Assembly (NCBI GenBank): GCA_937899865.1 | Contig: CALBRH010000001.1 | Coordinates: forward strand, 1-64,000 | Source: an uncultured euryarchaeote | GTDB lineage: Archaea; Thermoplasmatota; Poseidoniia; Poseidoniales; Poseidoniaceae | Reading direction: 5' to 3' | DNA length: 64,000 nt | The notes under the pieces: model-generated | What the model was told of the DNA's origin: nothing | Database searches by the model: none | The model's input: the letters and a program-made list of their open reading frames with translations, nothing else | In this document: one piece after another, positions 26,727 through 37,397 of the stretch | Layout of the letters: each line of letters opens with the position of its first letter | Numbering within the stretch: position 1 is the first letter of the stretch | Made by a program: the position numbers and the translations under genes

Positions 26727-28805
26727 ATGCAAGGTGTGTATCTTACTTGGATGATAAGCGCCCTTGCCCTAGGAGTCCTCCTTTTGCCGGTTTTCAAACC
26801 AAAGTGGATGGAATTAAGATTATCTACATTCGTAGATTTTTTCCGTAGGTATTGGATTCATGTTCTTATCCTCTTTATGATTTACAACGCTAAGGATGGC
26901 TTAGATGAAATTGATAGAATCTTGATGGCAAGTACAGGTCTTGATATGACTCCGTGGATTTATGCTATCGAAGGGGATTTGGTTTTACATGTTCAACAAT
27001 TTTTTGAAGCGCAGTGGCTAACGGTGATGTTGACTCATTTTTATGTTGCAGGATTTATGTTCATATGTTATGTTTCAGTATTTTATTTTGCTTATTTTGA
27101 TGACAGATGGATGGCAGACAGAGTTACTTTGACTATTGCATGGGTGTATATTCTGGCGGTACCATTTTATCTGTTTTTCAATGTTAGAGTTACCGGAGCA
27201 TACATTCCCGAAATGGAAACTCTGGCCTATTCGCTAAATCCAGAAATTTCAGACTGGTTCCGTAGGATTGACCCATTCACTAATTGTATGCCATCATTAC
27301 ATATTGGGATTCCTTATGCAGTATGGCTATGTATCAAACGATTTGACCACGATGAAAGATGGGCATTATATCGAAAAATTGTCTTTATCTATGTTTTACT
27401 TACAGTTTTCACAATTATTTATTTGGGAATTCATTGGATTATTGATATCGCTGGTGGCATGATTGTAGCTTTCATAGCAGTTAATTTAGCCGATAAAACA
27501 TCCAAGCCAATTTGGAGTATTTTGGATGAAAGAACAATCAATGCGAGGTTAGTCACAGTTCTTACAAATCCACGTAAAGCCTACAGTATCGTTAGTGGTA
27601 AACTAAGCAATGTTGCAAAAAACTTTGCTAATCCAACCTCACGTGAAACAGGGATTTTAGCTGTAGTAGTTTTGATTATTGTTGGCTCTGTAATCACTTG
27701 GGATTTAACTCATCAATCATTACCCGCAAAAGGTGTTGAAGCTCCGGAGGGCGCTGCAGGAGCAGATGGTTGGTTAGCAACAATCGATAATACAAGCGAA
27801 AATGGCCGGTTGCTAAAATTGTATGATTTATCCGATTTAGATAATGATGGGATTGAAGTAGTTCAACCAAATCTCACTTCGGATTCTTATTATCAGTTGA
27901 CTGGTGATAAATTAGTTATGGCTAATAGCACAGTATTGTACGTAGTTGATATTGCCGAACCGGATATAGTTTATTTCCAAAAATCCATACAAAATGTTGG
28001 CCAAGTAGAGTTGTGCAATATGGGTGACGATTATGTTTTGATGACTTTATCTGGCGGGGAATTAACTGCCGAAAAGCTGAGTGGTGAAATTATTGATATT
28101 GGAATTTCGAATAGTAATATCTCTTATGTTAAGTGCCAAGGCAATGACTTTGCTTTCTTAGTTGAAAATCAGTCTGATAAAGTCTATATGAGTAATTTAG
28201 AATTGATTGGTTCACTAACTTATACTGTAAATGCTTCAGCTAATGAAGAGGATGAGCAAGTGTTAGAAGATTGGGGCTCTCCAGCCGATATTGAAAACGC
28301 GACAATAATTGACTTAGTTTTTGATAGAACTCATTTATTGGTCAATGTGAACTTATCATCAGTCGATAGAATCGTATTAATCGACCGCATCTCAGGAGAA
28401 CAGAGATTGTTGGGAGATGGGAAATATTCATCATATGATCCATCAATTAGAGATGGTGTAGTTGCTTGGGTGATGAAAGATCATCTAAATCCTACAAGCC
28501 CAATCAAAGAATATTATGATGGAGAAATTTTGTACATGTACTTGTCTGATAATTTTACTCAAGTTTTAACTGCGGATGAAGTTGATCAATGGGGGCCAAT
28601 TGTGCTAGAAGACCATCTCATTTATCTTGAGGAATCAGATGATGGAGTTGTGATAAAGGTTCATTCATGGACGCCGGAGTTGAAATCTTACTCTAATATT
28701 GTATTACAAATTGCTTCAATTATAGGGATAGTCATTGTCTTCATATATATCAATCAAAAGCAATTAGAGGCGAAATCAAAGATAAGTTTCGTGGAAGAGG
28801 AGTAA
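26727..28805 (+). CDS. PAP2/AUR1 (IPC-synthase-like) membrane domain fused to a beta-propeller-like domain and C-terminal TM
   Basis: NCMPSLHIG and YLGIHWIID are the PAP2 C2/C3 motifs. The C-terminal repeats (SYDPSIRDGVVAW, DQWGPIVLEDHLIY) are TolB-like. Confidence 0.8.
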   Translation: MQGVYLTWMISALALGVLLLPVFKPKWMELRLSTFVDFFRRYWIHVLILFMIYNAKDGLDEIDRILMASTGLDMTPWIYAIEGDLVLHVQQFFEAQWLTVMLTHFYVAGFMFICYVSVFYFAYFDDRWMADRVTLTIAWVYILAVPFYLFFNVRVTGAYIPEMETLAYSLNPEISDWFRRIDPFTNCMPSLHIGIPYAVWLCIKRFDHDERWALYRKIVFIYVLLTVFTIIYLGIHWIIDIAGGMIVAFIAVNLADKTSKPIWSILDERTINARLVTVLTNPRKAYSIVSGKLSNVAKNFANPTSRETGILAVVVLIIVGSVITWDLTHQSLPAKGVEAPEGAAGADGWLATIDNTSENGRLLKLYDLSDLDNDGIEVVQPNLTSDSYYQLTGDKLVMANSTVLYVVDIAEPDIVYFQKSIQNVGQVELCNMGDDYVLMTLSGGELTAEKLSGEIIDIGISNSNISYVKCQGNDFAFLVENQSDKVYMSNLELIGSLTYTVNASANEEDEQVLEDWGSPADIENATIIDLVFDRTHLLVNVNLSSVDRIVLIDRISGEQRLLGDGKYSSYDPSIRDGVVAWVMKDHLNPTSPIKEYYDGEILYMYLSDNFTQVLTADEVDQWGPIVLEDHLIYLEESDDGVVIKVHSWTPELKSYSNIVLQIASIIGIVIVFIYINQKQLEAKSKISFVEEE

Positions 28806-28806
28806 T

Positions 28807-29961
28807 TTATTTCTTAATACTCAGCATTCTTTCTAATGCAAGAAGCGAACCTTCCTGAACATCTTTTGAAACAATAATTTGGTTAGGAATTTCTCCTTCA
28901 ACTAGTTTTTCTAGTACATCCATTAGATATGCTGGATGAATCATGTACATAGTGGAGCAAGGGCAAATTTTGTCATCAAGACATTCTACATGTTTGTCAG
29001 GGTGTGATTCAGCTAGTCGAGCTACCATGTTTATTTCAGTACCAATCGCAACGTGACTACCACTAGGCAAATTTTCAACATAATTTTTGATGAATTGAGT
29101 AGAACCGTTTGCGTCGCTAACTTCAACAGTCTCTTTTGGACATTCAGGATGGACAACTACCAATCCATCTGGGTGTCTTTCTCTAAAATCAGCAACTTGT
29201 TCGACAGTAAATCTTTTGTGAACAGAGCAAAACCCATGCCACAAAATTATTTTTGCCCCTTGCAAATCTTTGTCTGAACCTATTTTTGGAACCCATGTAG
29301 GCATTACGCTTTCTTCAATTCCCATTGATAGACCAGTATTTCTACCAAGATGTTGGTCCGGGAAAAACAGTACTGCTCCTTCGGAGCCAGCCCTATCAAA
29401 GGCCCAATTGAGAACTCCAGTTGCATTAGATGAAGTACAAACTATACCGCCATGACGGCCGACAAAATCCTTCAAATCTGCGCTACTATTCATGTATGTT
29501 ACAGGAATTAGATACGACTTATCATCATCAGGTTTTTCACCTGGAGAGGCACGATTTATAGGATCATTTAGTCCAGTTTCAGCAAGGATTTCAGTCCACG
29601 CACTCTCAACATCAGGGAGTGTGGCCATATCCGCCATCGAACATCCTGCTCTTAGATTTGGCAATATGACATACTGGTCATCATCGGTTAAAATATCAGC
29701 GGATTCTGCCATAAAATGTACGCCACAAAAGACAATAAATTCAGCATTAGAATCGGCAGCCATTTGGCTTAGCATGAATGAGTCTCCAATAAAATCAGCG
29801 TGCATGACAATACTATCTCGTTGATAGTGGTGTCCAAGAATCATTAGTCTCGAACCTAATTCTTGTTTTAATTCTGTTATTCGTTCAGCAATTGCTCGCT
29901 CCTCTGGAGACATGGAGGTATCCATGAAGTCAATAGAGCACATCGGCAATGTAATGGTCAT
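28807..29961 (-). CDS. nadA: Quinolinate synthase A
   Basis: ILGHHYQ, FCGVHFMAE, AGCSMADM, TYMNSS, CTSSNA, PDQHLG, GFCSVH, CPCSTM. Confidence 0.95.
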   Translation of the reverse strand: MTITLPMCSIDFMDTSMSPEERAIAERITELKQELGSRLMILGHHYQRDSIVMHADFIGDSFMLSQMAADSNAEFIVFCGVHFMAESADILTDDDQYVILPNLRAGCSMADMATLPDVESAWTEILAETGLNDPINRASPGEKPDDDKSYLIPVTYMNSSADLKDFVGRHGGIVCTSSNATGVLNWAFDRAGSEGAVLFFPDQHLGRNTGLSMGIEESVMPTWVPKIGSDKDLQGAKIILWHGFCSVHKRFTVEQVADFRERHPDGLVVVHPECPKETVEVSDANGSTQFIKNYVENLPSGSHVAIGTEINMVARLAESHPDKHVECLDDKICPCSTMYMIHPAYLMDVLEKLVEGEIPNQIIVSKDVQEGSLLALERMLSIKK

Positions 29962-30046
29962 TTGCCCTCAAACACACCGAGTAGTTGCTCCTTTTCAACA
30001 ATTGTGATTCCGTGATGTAAATAAATGAGAGCAATGAGCCATTAAC

Positions 30047-30730
30047 ATGGCCTTCCAACCAAAAGCGAGACTTCACCTTGGAGCTGAAGCTGAAGTATGG
30101 TCTGGTACATGGATGGGAAGGCCCGCAGTCAGAAAACATCGACGTAGCCGGGCGTGGCGTCATCCCGATTTAGAGAAACGTCTCGGATATCGAAGAATGC
30201 TTAGTGAAGCAAGAATTTTGATTCGAATAAAAGGTGCTGGTTTACCAGTTCCAGCGGTATGGGATGTCGATTTAGAAAGCGGCCGTATTATCATGGAGAA
30301 AATGAATGGTAGGCCATTAATCGAAATGCTACGCGACGAAAAAGTTCCTCAAGATGAAATTCATAAAGCATTACATAATTCTGGATGTGCAGTTAGAATG
30401 CTTCACAGGATGGCAGTAACCCATGGAGATTTATCAACCAACAATATCTTGATCGATGAAGATTGTAATGCATTTTTAATTGACTTTGGTTTGTCTGCAG
30501 TTGAATATGAAGTGGAAAGATTTGGTATTGATTTGCATGTTATGGACGAGATATTAGGGGCATCTCACCCAAATATAGCCAATGGCATTGACATTTTCTT
30601 GGCAGGATATCAGCAATGTGATAATGACCAAGGTCCTTTAGAAGAACTCTCAGGGGGCATGCCACCAGTAGCCAAAGATGTTCTAAAGCGATTGGATGAT
30701 GTCAGATCTAGGGTAAGATATCATGGCTAA
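30047..30730 (+). CDS. bud32: KEOPS complex kinase Bud32 (stand-alone)
   Basis: GAEA, RHPDLE.RL, EAR, HGDLSTNN, IDFGL, R.RY C-terminus. Confidence 0.92.
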   Translation: MAFQPKARLHLGAEAEVWSGTWMGRPAVRKHRRSRAWRHPDLEKRLGYRRMLSEARILIRIKGAGLPVPAVWDVDLESGRIIMEKMNGRPLIEMLRDEKVPQDEIHKALHNSGCAVRMLHRMAVTHGDLSTNNILIDEDCNAFLIDFGLSAVEYEVERFGIDLHVMDEILGASHPNIANGIDIFLAGYQQCDNDQGPLEELSGGMPPVAKDVLKRLDDVRSRVRYHG

Positions 30731-30731
30731 A

Positions 30732-31139
30732 TTAGCCAACTAACAATCTCATTTCTTCAACACTTTTCAGTTCAGAAAGGTAGATTTGTTCGATAGAGTC
30801 ATACAAATCATCAGTTTGTTCGATTAATGGTAATAGCTCAGCATAAACTTCAGATGCTTTGATTTCAGTTTCCAGTGCATGGTTTAACATTTCCATGTAA
30901 TCAGTTGTGTGAGTAATTTTGTATGGGTTTCTTTCAGTAACTGGAATTCCTCCCAATTGTACAATCCCCTTACGCACAATATCTGCGTGTTCAATTGATT
31001 CGGTCATTTCAGTATTGAACATTGGTGAAAGTTGCAATCGATGAATACCTGTGATGTTCGCAGCATAATGTGCATACATGTTTATCGCTCTTAATTCCCA
31101 ACCTAGTGCTGCATTCATTTTTTCTATCAATTCAGTCAT
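30732..31139 (-). CDS. Ferritin-like (bacterioferritin/DPS-like) protein
   Basis: Four-helix pattern WELRAINMY...ESIEHAD...LETE..A..Y. Confidence 0.8.
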   Translation of the reverse strand: MTELIEKMNAALGWELRAINMYAHYAANITGIHRLQLSPMFNTEMTESIEHADIVRKGIVQLGGIPVTERNPYKITHTTDYMEMLNHALETEIKASEVYAELLPLIEQTDDLYDSIEQIYLSELKSVEEMRLLVG

Positions 31140-31229
31140 AATCTCAACTCTTAGGGCAAACTAAATTTTTCTTCGGTGTCTCCCTTACATGCAGACTTAA
31201 TCGTAGGTGTTAATAAACTAATGCAAAAA

Positions 31230-31604
31230 TCAACCAATTTCTAATCTATCGCCTAATTCCCAACCTACAAAAGCAAATAAGATACATAAGACGAAAGAAA
31301 TACTAGCATATACTAGTGCAAGTGTATAATTATCATTTTTCACTAAGGTTAATGTTTCCAAAGAAAATGTTGACATTGTGGTGAATGCACCCAATAATCC
31401 AGTTCCAAAAAATAACATTAACTCTTCAGAGTATCCGTTATTTATCGCCATTACAGCCAACATTCCAAGAATAAATGAGCCAGAAACATTGACTAGAATG
31501 GTTGATAATGGGAAATCACTAGACTCAATGAGATTCCCAATACTAAATCGTAAAACTGCTCCAATTGCTCCACCAAGGGCTACTAAAACTGCTTGTTGAA
31601 TCAT
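31230..31604 (-). CDS. crcB: Fluoride channel Fluc/CrcB
   Basis: GGAIGAVLR, T..VNVSGSF, GLLGAFTTMSTF (first Phe of the motif is Met). Confidence 0.93.
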   Translation of the reverse strand: MIQQAVLVALGGAIGAVLRFSIGNLIESSDFPLSTILVNVSGSFILGMLAVMAINNGYSEELMLFFGTGLLGAFTTMSTFSLETLTLVKNDNYTLALVYASISFVLCILFAFVGWELGDRLEIG

Positions 31605-31705
31605 ATTAATTGCTCATTGTCATGCGTGTTAAATTATGTTGTCAAAATCCTTCTGAAATGGTAATTTATCGATAGACATGATAACTCCGATGCTATCGCA
31701 GAGAC

Positions 31706-32371
31706 ATGAGTCCGACAGTTTGGTTTCTAACAGGAAATACAGGAAAACTTGTTGAGGCAACCGAACACTTGTCTCATCTAGGGTATGTTGTTAAACAATT
31801 TATTGTTGAAGGTAATCAATTGTATGAGCCACAAGCAGAAACATTGGAAATTGTTGCAAAATCAAAAATATCTCAAGCACTTCAACATTTACCAGATGAA
31901 TTTGCTAAAGATGATATGATTTTAGTTGAGGATGCAGGTTTATTTGTATCCGCTCTTGATGGATTTCCAGGAGTCTATTCATCATATGTGTATTCGACAA
32001 TAGGTAATTCAGGAATCATTAGGTTGTTGAATCACTTGGAGACCGAAGATACGGTTTCCAGTGCAAGTTTAAGAGCTGCACATTTCAAGGCAGTTGCCGC
32101 AATATGGCGAGACGGTGAAATTCTAATCGGTGAAGGAATTTGCCCTGGTCACATCGCTCTTGAACCAATGGAAGGGTCTGGATTTGGGTTTGATCCAATT
32201 TTCATTCCTTATGATTTAGATAAGGAATTACAACCGCTCAGTGCAGGTAATTATGGTGAACATAGCACTCATGGCAAAACCTTTGGTGGCGTAGACTTAG
32301 TAACCAAGAACAAATTCAGTCATAGAACTAGAGCATTACAAAACTTGTTCAACCAATTGCCATCAGCATGA
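31706..32371 (+). CDS. rdgB: Non-canonical purine NTP pyrophosphatase (RdgB/HAM1)
   Basis: TGNTGK, EDAGL...L.GFPGVYS, GFGFDPIF, SHR. Confidence 0.93.
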   Translation: MSPTVWFLTGNTGKLVEATEHLSHLGYVVKQFIVEGNQLYEPQAETLEIVAKSKISQALQHLPDEFAKDDMILVEDAGLFVSALDGFPGVYSSYVYSTIGNSGIIRLLNHLETEDTVSSASLRAAHFKAVAAIWRDGEILIGEGICPGHIALEPMEGSGFGFDPIFIPYDLDKELQPLSAGNYGEHSTHGKTFGGVDLVTKNKFSHRTRALQNLFNQLPSA

Positions 32372-32389
32372 TAAATCAGAAGTAACTGG

Positions 32390-33307
32390 ATGAGGTTGAG
32401 GGACATGGGTTTTCTACGTACACTCTGCGGACTTGTTGCCGTTAGTGCTGGTATATTCTATTTGACCTCAGCCTCTAACCTATCCGATAATGGAAAGTGG
32501 TCACTTATTGGAATTACTTTTGTAGCCACATTTGGTTGGGTATTACTTGGTGGAAGAGGTGTTAAAACAGTTAGCAAAGTGACAAATCAAGAGGAAATAA
32601 CTGTTGCATCAGAAGATGTTGTTGATTCTGAAGACGAAATAATATCCGATTCTGATATTCCATCGCCTGTTACTTCTGATGATTTGGATGGAGTCTCTCT
32701 TAGAGAAAGAAAGTTGGCAAAAATCCAAGCTGCAAATCAAGCACAGGATGATTCAAATGTCCAAGATGAGGAAGCAGTCATTGAGGTTGAAGTGACTGTC
32801 GAAAACTTTCATACAGCCGATGAATATGTTGTTGAAGTCAGCCCAGAATCAGTTGAAGATGCAGATATAGAAATGACAGTATCCAATCGTCGAGTAAAAC
32901 ATCAAGAAATTCGAGAGCGAATTGAAAAACGAAGACGTAATCAATTAGCAGAAATTAGAGCCTCAACAGTTAGAATGTGGGAGCAATATAATGATGGCGA
33001 GGATATAGTTGCTTTGCTACAGACTCCAGATCATGGTTTGAACATTATAGATGAACCACAAAAACCAGCGGCAGGGCACGTATATGGTGCAACATTCATC
33101 CGTATTGGTGAAGAGGATATTCTAAAACTTCGAACACCTCTCGATTCAGGCTTTGAAGAAGTAGAAAAGAAAACCAAAATTCCAGAATTGCCGGGTCTTG
33201 ATGGAATGCCTTTACCACCTTTACCTGATGGAAATCTACCACTTCCACCATTGCCAAATGCGAGTGATGCATTAGCGGCAATGAAACTGCAAATGGATGA
33301 AGATTGA
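32390..33307 (+). CDS. Hypothetical acidic protein with two N-terminal TM helices and a Pro-rich tail
   Basis: 305-aa ORF with normal codon usage and no recognisable motif. Confidence 0.65.
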   Translation: MRLRDMGFLRTLCGLVAVSAGIFYLTSASNLSDNGKWSLIGITFVATFGWVLLGGRGVKTVSKVTNQEEITVASEDVVDSEDEIISDSDIPSPVTSDDLDGVSLRERKLAKIQAANQAQDDSNVQDEEAVIEVEVTVENFHTADEYVVEVSPESVEDADIEMTVSNRRVKHQEIRERIEKRRRNQLAEIRASTVRMWEQYNDGEDIVALLQTPDHGLNIIDEPQKPAAGHVYGATFIRIGEEDILKLRTPLDSGFEEVEKKTKIPELPGLDGMPLPPLPDGNLPLPPLPNASDALAAMKLQMDED

Positions 33308-33324
33308 TTTTTCTAAAGTAAATC

Positions 33325-34167
33325 TTACTTATCTTGCCATTTAGCTTTGTCTCTTTCCATAAATGCCCTTACGCCTTCTTCTTTGTCTTTGCTATCAAAT
33401 AAGTTAGCAAACTCTTCTGCTTCAATAGCGATTCCTTCATCAAGAGTATTGTTCAATGCTGCTTTTATTGTACGCTTAGCAGTTGCTAGAGTGAATACAG
33501 ATTTGCTGGCAATTTTTTGAGCCATGTCCATAGTAAATTGTTGTAATTCTTCTTCTGAACATACATGATTAACTAAACCAATTTTGTGTGCTTCTTGAGC
33601 GCTAATCATTTCTCCTGTCATTATCATTTCTAAGGTCTTGCCATAACCAATTAGTTTGGCCAAACGCTGAGTTGCACCATATCCAGGTATGAGCCCTAAG
33701 TTAATTTCTGGAGTGCCGAATTTTGATCGCTGTGAAGCGATTCTAATGTCACATGAACAAGCCACTTCACATCCTCCTCCAAGTGCGAAACCATCAACCA
33801 TTGCAATTGTTGGTTTAGTTAGTGACCACAATGCTTCAACTGCATTATCACTAAATTTCACCTTTGTAGTCTGACTATCCATCCCAACGAATTCAGAGAT
33901 GTCTGCTCCTGCAACGAAAGCATTTGGTTTGGGTCGCTTACCTTCTTCTGCAGGTAATGGTTTAGCACCAGTGATAATCACACATCTAATTTGATTATTG
34001 TTTTCCACCCAAGAACAAAAACTCTTCAAAGAATCCATAACTTCTGTGTTCAAAGCATTGAGTTTATTTGGTCGATTAATCGTTGCTAGTGCGATATATC
34101 CATTTACAGAATCATCAGATACTGGTATTTTTTCCACAGCCAAAACCGAGGTACTTGGGTCGTCCAT
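33325..34167 (-). CDS. Enoyl-CoA hydratase (crotonase, two-Glu type)
   Basis: NRPNKLNAL, FVAGADI, GGGCEVA, PEINLGLIPG. ATG 34167 is preferred over the track start 34401, which would overlap the ABC gene. Confidence 0.92.
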   Translation of the reverse strand: MDDPSTSVLAVEKIPVSDDSVNGYIALATINRPNKLNALNTEVMDSLKSFCSWVENNNQIRCVIITGAKPLPAEEGKRPKPNAFVAGADISEFVGMDSQTTKVKFSDNAVEALWSLTKPTIAMVDGFALGGGCEVACSCDIRIASQRSKFGTPEINLGLIPGYGATQRLAKLIGYGKTLEMIMTGEMISAQEAHKIGLVNHVCSEEELQQFTMDMAQKIASKSVFTLATAKRTIKAALNNTLDEGIAIEAEEFANLFDSKDKEEGVRAFMERDKAKWQDK

Positions 34168-34252
34168 GTCAGTGCTAAAGCAATCAACTTGATGATTTAT
34201 CCTATTGTGGTTGAATCCAATAATACATAGAATAGAACAGTTACGAAGTATC

Positions 34253-35029
34253 ATGGGTGACAATCCGCCACTGGTCAAAGCAGTAGATATGGCGAAGAAA
34301 TACGGTGATTTTATCGCATTACATCCACTTAATGTTGAGGTTAATTCAGGAGAGTTTTTCGGTGTGTTTGGACCTAACGGCGCAGGTAAATCAACCTTCA
34401 TAAAACTGTTAACCGGGCAATTGAAACCAAGTAAAGGGCAAATTGAGGTGTTGGGAATAAATGCAATTAATTCACCTCAAAAAGTTAAAGCTAACATTGG
34501 TATTGTTCCAGAATCAGAATCTCCTCCTTCTTATTTGACTCCAGTGGAGTTCCTGCAGTTTGTTGCTAAACTAAGAGATATTGAAAATAGTGAATTTGAG
34601 GTAGAATATTGGATAGACTGGTTTGGTCTTGAAGAAAAAAGACATACCATGTGTAAGGATTTGTCAAAAGGTCAACGGCAGAAAGTGATGTTGGCATCAG
34701 CATTTATCCACAAGCCAAAACTACTATTCCTCGATGAACCATTTGCTAACTTGGATCCGATTTATCAACGAAAATGTCGAGAGTGGCTAATCGAACATGT
34801 TAGAAATGGAGGGACGATTTTTCTTTGCTCCCATGTATTAGAAATGGCTGAGAGAATGTGCAATCGCATGGCTATAATCAATGATGGAAAGGTCCTTGCA
34901 GCCGGCACGGTTAGAGGTTTGAAAAATAATTCAGATGAAACACTAGAAGATGTATTCATCCGTTTGGTTGGCAAATCTATCGAAGATGTAGAGAGACAGT
35001 TAGAACAAGAGGCAAAAGAGGAGGAGTAA
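34253..35029 (+). CDS. ABC transporter ATP-binding subunit
   Basis: GPNGAGKST, LSKGQRQ, LFLDEP, H-loop CSH. Confidence 0.95.
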   Translation: MGDNPPLVKAVDMAKKYGDFIALHPLNVEVNSGEFFGVFGPNGAGKSTFIKLLTGQLKPSKGQIEVLGINAINSPQKVKANIGIVPESESPPSYLTPVEFLQFVAKLRDIENSEFEVEYWIDWFGLEEKRHTMCKDLSKGQRQKVMLASAFIHKPKLLFLDEPFANLDPIYQRKCREWLIEHVRNGGTIFLCSHVLEMAERMCNRMAIINDGKVLAAGTVRGLKNNSDETLEDVFIRLVGKSIEDVERQLEQEAKEEE

Positions 35030-35031
35030 TC

Positions 35032-36726
35032 TTGCCTGGAGCTCATATATCTTCCAGAGAATGGGATGAAATTGACAATTCTAATTCCATGACTAAGTTA
35101 GGAACTCATTCAGGAGGTCAAAAACTTCTAACGCCATTAAGGGGAATATCCTCGTTTAGAGCTACTTTTAATGTGATGTTCAAGGAAGAGTTTCGGAAAA
35201 ATGTCGAATTTGCTAAGGCAAGACAAATGATACTTTTTCCACTATTACTTTCCTTAGTTACTATGGTCTCAACTGTTGGCTTACAATTTTTAGTTGGGGA
35301 TTCAGCTGCTCAAACAAGCGATACAGATGTGAATAGTTTCACTTGGCAAGAACTGCGTTTTGCTCTTCACCTACCTCTTTTGGTGTTTAGTTTAGGAATG
35401 GGTACATTTGCCTTCATGGGCAGGGATGCTTTGGTTAGAAGAACAGCATCAAAAAATCATTTATTAGCATCACCAGCACTTCAGCCCTTGCCAAATTCAA
35501 TGGCACATTTTGCATATTTTGTCAAGGATTTAGTATTCTATGTATTGCTGATTTTATCACCAATTATTTTGGGGATGGGCCTTGGAAAAGGCTTGGATAC
35601 TTTTTTTGACATTAAGACTCCGTTAGAATATTCCAGTTTGCCTTGGACTTGGTTTGCAATGGTTGTTACTCTTGCGCAAGGATTGGTAATCTCTTTTCTT
35701 GCTTCTGCGCTATGGATGAGAGGTAGGCCTTTCACAATTTTTGGACCAATCGCAGTAGTTTTGATTGGTATTATTGTTGGCGTTGGCGTATTTGACATAG
35801 AAATGATTTTGATCGGATTACAAATTCAAACTAACAAAAATCTGTTACTCGGTATTGTTGGTTTTGCAATGTGCATTTTGCTTGGTTACCTATCTTCATT
35901 ATTGATAATTGACGATTTTGATGTAAGTGTTGTTGAAAAGGGAGACTTATTCAAACCAATTTATGCAAAACTATCATTCCTGGGTCGTGGAGAAATTAGG
36001 CTGATTGTTGCTAAAGAATTTGTAGATTTGTTTAGATCTGGTTCAATAAAGAAAATGGTAGTCTCCTATACAATACCTCTTGCAGTATTGCTTGGAATGG
36101 CTTGGTTAATTGATTTCGCAGAAGCACCTATTCCGATTAATTTACTTTCATATGCGCCATTCTTAGGGTTCTTCGGTTTCAATTTCTACTCCTGGTTAAC
36201 AATCTTGGATTCTCCAGAATTCATGAATGGATTGCCAGTGAGGGTGCCACAATTAATCCGTGCAAAGGTATTGGTATATTTTCTAATCACTTCATGGATC
36301 TCCTTGATATTCATTATTTTGATGGCTTGGAGATTAGATGAATGGGCATCTTTGCCTACTAGTATAGTGGTTATGTTTGCTAACTCGATTTACATAGTTG
36401 CACTAACCGCGTTTTTGATGGGCCTACGTCCAAACAAAGCAATTTTTGATGCTTCGATAATGATTTGGTTTTGGATAGGAACTGTTTTACCTCTTCTCGG
36501 GTTATTTTTGCTATCTTTCACACAAGGTGATGTTTCCCTTTATGGAAATTGGTGGGAGAGGGCTTCGCAAGACGGTTTGGCTGCTACAGCAGGCATGTAT
36601 GATGAGACAATGGTAAGGCAAGGTTATGTGGGTATGCTGGTAATTTCTGGCTTCTTGTTATTCGCTTCAGCTGTATTATGGAAACTGATGGATAGGCGTT
36701 GGGGGGCAGCAGAATTTAGCAACTAA
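35032..36726 (+). CDS. Putative ABC exporter permease (about 12 TM)
   Basis: Polytopic membrane protein starting 2 nt after the ATPase stop. Confidence 0.75.
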   Translation: MPGAHISSREWDEIDNSNSMTKLGTHSGGQKLLTPLRGISSFRATFNVMFKEEFRKNVEFAKARQMILFPLLLSLVTMVSTVGLQFLVGDSAAQTSDTDVNSFTWQELRFALHLPLLVFSLGMGTFAFMGRDALVRRTASKNHLLASPALQPLPNSMAHFAYFVKDLVFYVLLILSPIILGMGLGKGLDTFFDIKTPLEYSSLPWTWFAMVVTLAQGLVISFLASALWMRGRPFTIFGPIAVVLIGIIVGVGVFDIEMILIGLQIQTNKNLLLGIVGFAMCILLGYLSSLLIIDDFDVSVVEKGDLFKPIYAKLSFLGRGEIRLIVAKEFVDLFRSGSIKKMVVSYTIPLAVLLGMAWLIDFAEAPIPINLLSYAPFLGFFGFNFYSWLTILDSPEFMNGLPVRVPQLIRAKVLVYFLITSWISLIFIILMAWRLDEWASLPTSIVVMFANSIYIVALTAFLMGLRPNKAIFDASIMIWFWIGTVLPLLGLFLLSFTQGDVSLYGNWWERASQDGLAATAGMYDETMVRQGYVGMLVISGFLLFASAVLWKLMDRRWGAAEFSN

Positions 36727-36798
36727 TTCAATATGCATTATTTATTATTCAATATGAATAATAGTTACTTTGATTTGCTGCCATTTATACGATTCGAC

Positions 36799-37359
36799 AT
36801 GCCTCATGCAGTAGCAGTGTGTGGAATGCCCGGTTCTGGCAAGGGTGAGTTTGCCCAAATTTTGGCTGGCCAAGGAATTCCAGTAAGGTCTATGGGCGAT
36901 ATGATTCGTGCCGAAGTAAAATCCAGAGGGATGGAAGGCAGCCCCAATGTATACGGAGAAGTTGCAGCTGATTTACGTGCTGAGTTTGGGGAAGATGTTC
37001 TTGCAAAACGACTTGCAGATGAGGTGTCTGAATTACTGAAGACCAATCCAATTGTATTGATTGAAGGTATGCGTGGGACTGCAGAATATGAAATATTTAG
37101 TTCAAGATGGAGTCCTAATTTTAGTAGCGTAGCAATCACAGCAAATCAGGAGATAAGATTCCAAAGAACACAATCAAGAGGTCGCCCAGAAGATGGAGAT
37201 CGTGAACAATTTCAGATTAGAGAAGAAAGAGAGGCAGGATGGGGGCTATATTCATTGATTGAAAATGCAGATTTTGAGATCAAAAATGAATCGAGCTTGG
37301 AAGATTTAGTTTTATTGACTAATAATTGGCTCGCCAAGTTTACAAAAAATAAATCTTGA
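36799..37359 (+). CDS. UPF0200-like P-loop nucleoside/dephospho-CoA kinase family protein
   Basis: GMPGSGKG, SMGDMIR, IEGMRG..E, RGRPED, RE.GWG, IKNESSL. Confidence 0.82.
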   Translation: MPHAVAVCGMPGSGKGEFAQILAGQGIPVRSMGDMIRAEVKSRGMEGSPNVYGEVAADLRAEFGEDVLAKRLADEVSELLKTNPIVLIEGMRGTAEYEIFSSRWSPNFSSVAITANQEIRFQRTQSRGRPEDGDREQFQIREEREAGWGLYSLIENADFEIKNESSLEDLVLLTNNWLAKFTKNKS

Positions 37360-37397
37360 AACAATGAATTTGCGGTTAGTGTGGCTATTTTTGCCCA

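Noticed and set aside
31605-31705. Fluoride riboswitch upstream of crcB
   Set aside because: The conserved GAUG...CUGAUG pattern and pseudoknot are not present on the minus strand.
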